From contig NC_002937.3 in assembly GCF_000195755.1 (NCBI RefSeq), positions 840,001 through 872,000 of the forward strand: a DNA stretch of 32,000 nucleotides, read 5' to 3'. This document shows, piece by piece, positions 26,236 through 32,000 of this stretch (position 1 is the stretch's first letter; each line of letters opens with the position of its first letter). The notes below the pieces were generated by a model. The model did not search any database. It was not told the DNA's origin and worked only from the letters and a program-made list of their open reading frames with translations. This stretch comes from Nitratidesulfovibrio vulgaris str. Hildenborough. GTDB lineage: Bacteria > Desulfobacterota > Desulfovibrionia > Desulfovibrionales > Desulfovibrionaceae. A program made the translations under genes and the position numbers.

Positions 26236-27111
26236 TTAACCTTTCAGCGCTTCAGCGCCGCCGACGATGTCCATCAGGTCGCGCGTGATCGAAGCCTGGC
26301 GTGTCTTGTTGAAGAGCAGCGTCAGTGCGCCAATCATGTCGTCACAGCTCCGGGTCGCGTTGTCCATGGCCGCCATACGGGCAGCATGTTCGCTAGCGGA
26401 GGTGTCGAGCAGACCACGGTAGATCTGCACCTTGATGAACCTGGGCAGCAACTCAGCCAGCAGGCCCTCGACAGCGGGTTCGTAGATGTACTCCTTGGAA
26501 GGTGCGGCTTCCGCCTCATCCTTCTTCTCGGAGGCAATGGGCAGGATGGGCAGCGTGATGGGCAGCTGCTTCGCCGTGCTCACGAACTCGCCGTACACCA
26601 GTACAACCTCGTCAAGTTCGCCGGTCAGGTAGTGGTTGATGACTTCCAGACCCAGCTTGTTGGCCAGTTGGAAGTCGAACGAACCCATCTGGTCGGCGAT
26701 GGCGGTGACAACTTCGAAGTCCGCCTTGCGGATGGTGTCACGACCTTTCTTGCCCACACAATAGAACTTGACGGTCTTGCCTTCGGCGGCCTTCTGCTTG
26801 GCCAGCTTCAGCGCGGTACTGATAAGGTTCGCATTGAAGCTGCCGCACAGCCCGCGGTCGGAGGTGGCGAGAACGATACCACAGGTCTTGATCTCGTCAC
26901 GTACCTCGAGCAGCGGATGCGCGGAGCCGTCCGCCTTGCTGGCGAGGTCGCCGAGCATGCCATAGAACTTCTCGGCATAGGGCCGGAACCGTTCTATGCG
27001 CTGCTGGGCACCGCGCAGTTTCGCCGAGGCCACCATGTTCATGGCCTTGGTGATCTGCTTGGTCTTTTTTACGCCAGCAATCTTGACTTTGACGTCTTTC
27101 AACGAAGGCAT
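26236..27111 (-). CDS. atpG: F1 ATP synthase gamma subunit
   Basis: 291 aa (MPSLKDVKVKIAGVKKTKQITKAMNMVASAKLR ... ITRDLMDIVGGAEAL). Confidence 0.97.
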   Translation of the reverse strand: MPSLKDVKVKIAGVKKTKQITKAMNMVASAKLRGAQQRIERFRPYAEKFYGMLGDLASKADGSAHPLLEVRDEIKTCGIVLATSDRGLCGSFNANLISTALKLAKQKAAEGKTVKFYCVGKKGRDTIRKADFEVVTAIADQMGSFDFQLANKLGLEVINHYLTGELDEVVLVYGEFVSTAKQLPITLPILPIASEKKDEAEAAPSKEYIYEPAVEGLLAELLPRFIKVQIYRGLLDTSASEHAARMAAMDNATRSCDDMIGALTLLFNKTRQASITRDLMDIVGGAEALKG

Positions 27112-27127
27112 CTGCTACCTCCCGGTC

Positions 27128-28636
<1,509 letters not shown>

Positions 28637-28640
28637 AGCC

Positions 28641-29192
28641 CTACTCACCCCTCTTGATGTTGTCTTTGAGGATTCCCAACTGGGCCCGCAGGCTTGCATC
28701 GAGAATCCGATCGCCGACCTTCAGCACGACACCACCCAGAATGTTCTTGTCGACGCTGAATCCCAACTCAAGCTTGCGACCGGCCTGGGCCTCGAGCTGG
28801 GCCTTGACCTTGTCGCGCTTGGCGTTCGCAAGTTCGATGGCCGTCACCAGCTCACCGCGGATGACGCCCTTTTCGGCATCGAGAAGAATTCCGTAGTACG
28901 CCTGAATATCCTGGATGAAGGCAAGGCGTTCACGGTCCGCAAGCAAAAGGCAGAAGTTGCGGACGGTGGGGCAGACCTTGAGTTTGTCCAGAAGCTTCGC
29001 AATGACGTTGCGCTTCTCATCCGGGGTGAAGACCGGGTTGCGGAACATCCTTACGAGTTCAGGCGCGGTCTCAAGAGTTCCGGCAAGAGCAGCGAGGTCG
29101 TTGCCGAACGTCTCGAGGTCCGAGAGTCCCGACTTCTTGCCCAGGGCAAACAGCGCCCGGGCATATCTCCGTGCGACGATGTTGCCGGTCAA
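28641..29192 (-). CDS. atpH: F1 ATP synthase delta (OSCP) subunit
   Basis: 183 aa ([14 protein letters not shown]...). It has a TTG start overlapping the atpF stop (TTGA) and an AAGGTGGTG SD. Confidence 0.93.
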   Translation of the reverse strand: MTGNIVARRYARALFALGKKSGLSDLETFGNDLAALAGTLETAPELVRMFRNPVFTPDEKRNVIAKLLDKLKVCPTVRNFCLLLADRERLAFIQDIQAYYGILLDAEKGVIRGELVTAIELANAKRDKVKAQLEAQAGRKLELGFSVDKNILGGVVLKVGDRILDASLRAQLGILKDNIKRGE

Positions 29193-29755
29193 TTGAGCAC
29201 CACCTTGGTTAAGTATTTGTCGATGAGCTTTTCGTGCTCGTTGGCCGTGAGCTTTTCAGCCAGCAGCTTCTCGGCGGCAACGATGATCTCGTCGGCCATC
29301 TGGGCGCGCATGGCGTCGATGGCAGCCTTGATTTCGTTGTCGGCGGTACGCTTGGCCTGCTCGGTGATGAGCGACGCGGACTTCTCGGCCTTATCGATGA
29401 TAGCGGCCTTGATGTTTTCGCCCTGAGCACGGTAGTCGGCCAGAATGGCCTGACGTTCGCTCTCAAGGTTCGCGATGCGACGCTCGACCTCTGCAAGCTG
29501 CTTCTTGGCTTCGGTCTTACGGGTTTCGAGATCGTTGAGCTCCTGCTCGATGCCCTGGCGACGTCCGGTGAAGAAGCCCACTATCTTCTTGCCGGCCGCC
29601 TTCCAGATGATCCCTGCGAAAATGACGAAGTTGACGACGCGGAACGCGAAGTTACCCCAGTCGGGGCCGTGTCCGCTGTCGCCGGAGGCATAGGCCATGC
29701 TCGCAAAGAAAAGCGTCATGGCTCCTGCCGCTGCCGTGATTTTCAGCCCTTTCAA
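29189..29755 (-). CDS. atpF: Fo ATP synthase subunit b
   Basis: 188 aa with a signal-like N-terminus plus a single TM, then a long charged helix. The TTG start at 29755 has an AAGGAGG SD 8 nt upstream. Confidence 0.9.
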   Translation of the reverse strand: MKGLKITAAAGAMTLFFASMAYASGDSGHGPDWGNFAFRVVNFVIFAGIIWKAAGKKIVGFFTGRRQGIEQELNDLETRKTEAKKQLAEVERRIANLESERQAILADYRAQGENIKAAIIDKAEKSASLITEQAKRTADNEIKAAIDAMRAQMADEIIVAAEKLLAEKLTANEHEKLIDKYLTKVVLN

Positions 29756-29791
29756 TGCCCAACCCTCCTTGCTGTGCGCTCGGTGCGCTGG

Positions 29792-30208
29792 TTATCCGAG
29801 GACCTTAGCAGTAGCCTTGGCGGCGAGGGCACCCACCTGGCTCCTGAGGCTGTCCATGGCCGTGGCGACCTGGGCGGACACATCGGCGCGGGCCTTGAGC
29901 AGATAGTCCTGTGCCTCCTTGTTGGCGGCAAGAACGATATCATGCTCGCGGGCCTGCCCCGCTGCCCTCGCCAGTTCGCGTTCGGAAGCGGCTTCCGAAC
30001 GTGCCTGTGCGAGGATTGCCTCATAGTTCTTGATCTTGGCCTCGGCCTGGCCGGAAAACTGCTCGGACTCTCCGAGCAGCCCCGCCATCTTGTCCTGCCG
30101 CTGCTTGATGATCTCCCGAACCGGACGGATCAGGAGAGCGTTGAGCACGACCAGCGTGACAAGAAAGTTCACCAGCTGGAATAGCATTGTGATGTTTAAA
30201 TCGATCAT
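29792..30208 (-). CDS. atpF2: Fo ATP synthase subunit b'
   Basis: 138 aa with an N-terminal TM (MLFQLVNFLVTLVVLNALLIRPV) followed by a charged coiled helix. There is a GGGAG SD. Confidence 0.9.
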   Translation of the reverse strand: MIDLNITMLFQLVNFLVTLVVLNALLIRPVREIIKQRQDKMAGLLGESEQFSGQAEAKIKNYEAILAQARSEAASERELARAAGQAREHDIVLAANKEAQDYLLKARADVSAQVATAMDSLRSQVGALAAKATAKVLG

Positions 30209-30255
30209 GCCTGCTCCCTAGGTGAGGTTGTGAATTAAAGCTCAAAGTCGGATTG

Positions 30256-30284
30256 GCTTTAGCTGTTTTCAACCCTTGTGTCAA
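30256..30284 (-). promoter_or_regulatory. candidate sigma70 promoter TTGACA-N17-TAAAGC for atpF'FHAGDC
   Basis: The reverse complement gives a perfect -35 at 30279-30284 and a weak -10 at 30256-30261. It sits in a relatively AT-rich 320-nt spacer. Confidence 0.35.
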
Positions 30285-30534
30285 AAGCTTTTTTCTTTGC
30301 ATTCGCTTCTTTGCGACCATTTTCAAGGCGCAAGTGTGCGGTATGGTGATGTAAAATCACACAAGTCCCGCGAGGCACCCAAAAAGACGTCTTTGCCTGT
30401 TCGTACTTTATTGCAGCTATCCGATCTCACTGATGTTATTGTTTGAGAGAACACTCAATTCTGGGCCGCTTGCATCAGTCCGCGCTCGAAATGCCATTTC
30501 GGAACGCCTTCATTCCATAGCCGGGGTGCAGATG

Positions 30535-30561
30535 AAAAAAAAGCCCGTCTAACCGACGGGC
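30535..30561 (-). terminator. canonical intrinsic terminator (7-bp GC stem + U8)
   Basis: The minus-strand RNA reads GCCCGUC-GGUUA-GACGGGC followed by UUUUUUUU (plus-strand A8 at 30535-30542). Confidence 0.85.
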
Positions 30562-30984
30562 GTGACGAATGCGAATGTGCTTGTTTTCGGGCTTCGCCGG
30601 GTGGGCTCGCGTGTCGCTGCCCGGCGTGATGCTGCCGTATCCCAAGGGGACGTGCCCTTTGCCGTACCTGCCGGATTCTCTGAAAGGCCTCGGTGATAAG
30701 AGGGGAATCCCGTAAAATCCTTAGGGCGTATGCCGCAAAGCGTGTCTTGCCATTGACACGCCACGCAGGGAGGATGGGGCAAACGCGACCATGACTGCGC
30801 CTGCATACGCTCATACCCTGATGAGTGGGGTTAAAAGGGCCTACAGCGGGTTTCCGTGGTCATATGCGAGAGTGTGTGCGAAGCGGGGGCTTCGCGTCTC
30901 CTGAGGCCTTCTGGGGCTGTTCGCGGCCTTGCTGCCAAAGAGCGCCATGCCGGGACAGGTGGTTCTTTCTGGCTATAGTCGAGC
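30562..30984 (-). other. ORF-free, GC-rich, hairpin-rich transcribed spacer: candidate ncRNA or long structured 3' UTR of the bactofilin gene
   Basis: This is ~420 nt between the bactofilin stop (30985) and the terminator. The only ORFs are Arg-rich with rare codons. It contains several local hairpins (e.g. GCGAAGC-GGGG-GCTTCGC at 30878-30895 and CGTGTC-TTGCCATT-GACACG at 30741-30760, plus-strand sequence). Confidence 0.3.
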
Positions 30985-31332
30985 TTACTGTGCGGTGGCG
31001 GTGCTGTCTGCACCCATGTGCACTTCGCCCTCGATGCGGGCACCGTCTTCCATGATGAGCGCAGGTGTGCGGATGGTGCCGTTGATGATGCCGGTCTTGT
31101 GGATGACGATCTTACGTGTCGCTGTCACCTCTCCGTTGACGGTACCGCTGAGCACGAGTTGGCCCACATTGAGCGTGCCGTCGATGATGGCGTCGGTGCC
31201 GACGATGAGTGTGCCGTCGGACGTGATCTCGCCGGTGAATGTACCGTCGATGCGCACTGCACCCTGAAAGTTGAGCTGTCCTTGGTAGCGGGTTCCCGAA
31301 CCGAGGAAGGCGTTGATTTCATCTTTGCTCAT
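30985..31332 (-). CDS. bactofilin (polymer-forming cytoskeletal protein, DUF583)
   Basis: 115 aa from the ATG at 31332, with an AGGAG SD. It has the beta-helical repeat pattern typical of bactofilins (G.LNFQGAVRIDGTFTGEITSDGTLIVG..AIIDGTLNVGQLVLSGTVNGEV). Confidence 0.85.
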   Translation of the reverse strand: MSKDEINAFLGSGTRYQGQLNFQGAVRIDGTFTGEITSDGTLIVGTDAIIDGTLNVGQLVLSGTVNGEVTATRKIVIHKTGIINGTIRTPALIMEDGARIEGEVHMGADSTATAQ

Positions 31333-31369
31333 CACTGGCTCCTGATGTGTGTTTGCAGCGGCAGAACGG

Positions 31370-32000
31370 CTAGTTGGTCTTGAAGACGAAGCGTCGCATG
31401 GAGACGTTGAGAACGAGTCCGATGAGGGAGAAATTGACCAGTGTGGCACTGCCCCCATAACTGATGAAGGGTAGCGGGATGCCCACGACCGGCATGATGC
31501 CGACGACCATTCCCGTGTTGATGAGAATCTGCCAGAAGAAGTAGAAGAATACACCTGCTGCCAGCGTGCTGCCGAACCTGTCCTTGGCGTCGCGCGCGGT
31601 GTTGAAGATGCTCAGCAGGAAAAGGCTGAACAGGGCAAGCAGGGCGACGCAGCCGACAAATCCCCACTCCTCCCCGAAGACGGCGACGGCGAAGTCGGTA
31701 TGCTTTTCCGGCAGGAAGCGCAGCTGGCTCTGTGTGCCCCCCAGAAAGCCTTTCCCCCATAACTCACCGGAACCGATGGCAATCTGTGACTGGATGATGT
31801 GGTATCCCGCGCCAAGGGGGTCGTTCTGCGGATCGAGGAACGTGAGAATACGCTGCTTCTGGTAGTCGTGCAGGCAGAACCAGCCTAGCGGGAGAAGGGG
31901 AGGGACCACGGCAAGGCAGACCTTGAGCACGCGCCACTGGATGCCGTGGTAGAGGATCATGCCGCCGAGAAGCAGCAGGAGATTCAGGGTCGTGCCGAGG
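31370..32000 (-). CDS. rodA: rod shape-determining protein RodA (SEDS family), C-terminal part; the gene continues beyond the window
   Basis: DPLGAGYHIIQSQIAIGSGELWGKGFLGGTQSQLRFLPEKHTDF..., PLPFISYGGSA. The frame stays open to position 32000. Confidence 0.9.
   Translation of the reverse strand, partial: LGTTLNLLLLLGGMILYHGIQWRVLKVCLAVVPPLLPLGWFCLHDYQKQRILTFLDPQNDPLGAGYHIIQSQIAIGSGELWGKGFLGGTQSQLRFLPEKHTDFAVAVFGEEWGFVGCVALLALFSLFLLSIFNTARDAKDRFGSTLAAGVFFYFFWQILINTGMVVGIMPVVGIPLPFISYGGSATLVNFSLIGLVLNVSMRRFVFKTN

Noticed and set aside
30346-30360. A palindrome, GTGAT-GTAAA-ATCAC, in the atp promoter region as a CRP/FNR-family site.
   Set aside because: The half-site spacing (GTGA-N7-TCAC) is one base short of the TGTGA-N6-TCACA architecture. 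It is a single occurrence with no supporting context, and I kept it only as a weak note.
30692-30745. A plus-strand string, GGTGATAAGAGGGGAATCCCGTAAAATCC...GCCGCAAAGCG, that superficially resembles the cobalamin-riboswitch core (AGGGAA..GGTGAAAATCC..GCCACTG).
   Set aside because: The P4-type helix flanking the GTAAAAT loop cannot form, because CCCG is not followed by its complement. The B12 box is not matched. No plus-strand gene lies downstream to be regulated.
30455-30814. A 119-aa minus-strand ORF, and an overlapping 85-aa ORF, in the spacer upstream of the atp operon.
   Set aside because: The ORF is Arg-rich with rare codons and no SD. It reads straight through a canonical intrinsic terminator (30535-30561).
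30818-30825. CTGATGAG, the hammerhead ribozyme core motif, on the plus strand.
   Set aside because: There is no adjacent stem II hairpin followed by GAAA, and no stem I/III pairing. It is an isolated 8-mer.
30562-30984. RNase P RNA, tmRNA, SRP or 6S RNA as the identity of the ORF-free region.
   Set aside because: By eye I found no GGAAAGTCCGGGC (P4), no tRNA-like GGTTCGAnTCC...CCA end, and no SRP GGAA/AGCAG loop motif. The only partial resemblance is ACGGAAACCCGCTGTA versus the RNase P sequence ACAGAAACCCGGCTTA, and it lies in the wrong part of the molecule. The region remains unassigned pending cmscan.

Overview
This is a high-GC chromosomal window whose gene content and order look like core genome of a Desulfovibrio-type sulfate reducer. 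From memory it resembles the D. vulgaris region around the F1Fo ATP synthase operon, but I cannot verify that here. I call 33 protein-coding genes, mostly on the minus strand: an MCP; an amino-acid ABC transporter (ATPase, binding protein, fused double permease); an orphan histidine kinase; a translationally coupled TPR-PilZ pair; an M29 aminopeptidase; a GyrI-like/lipoprotein/TPR cluster; a GGDEF cyclase; HU; an HhH protein overlapping a MOFRL glycerate kinase; a BON lipoprotein; a pdxK-murI-aminotransferase operon; a TauE/SafE exporter divergent from a recombinase-fold/di-TOBE fusion protein; two small divergent hypotheticals; atpF'-F-H-A-G-D-C; a bactofilin; and the 3' part of rodA. ORF-track starts were trimmed where an in-frame ATG, GTG or TTG with a Shine-Dalgarno sequence gives a sensible N-terminus. 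I found no rRNA, tRNA, CRISPR array, IS element or prophage. This is ordinary core genome rather than an accessory island, so no defence-like or mobile system is claimed. The points most worth follow-up are these. (1) The TunR-like recombinase-fold/TOBE regulator is paired with a TauE anion exporter, has repeated TGTATCRTG boxes in the shared intergenic region and carries an internal G9 tract. (2) A ~450-nt ORF-free, hairpin-rich stretch downstream of the bactofilin ends in a textbook terminator. (3) An exact sigma54 promoter consensus lies upstream of the MCP. (4) There are several unusual RNA-level signals: an intercistronic hairpin in the ABC operon, an apparently leaderless GGDEF gene, and a strand-asymmetric 16-bp hairpin between two minus-strand genes. 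All functional calls rest on motif recognition by eye. No searches were run.
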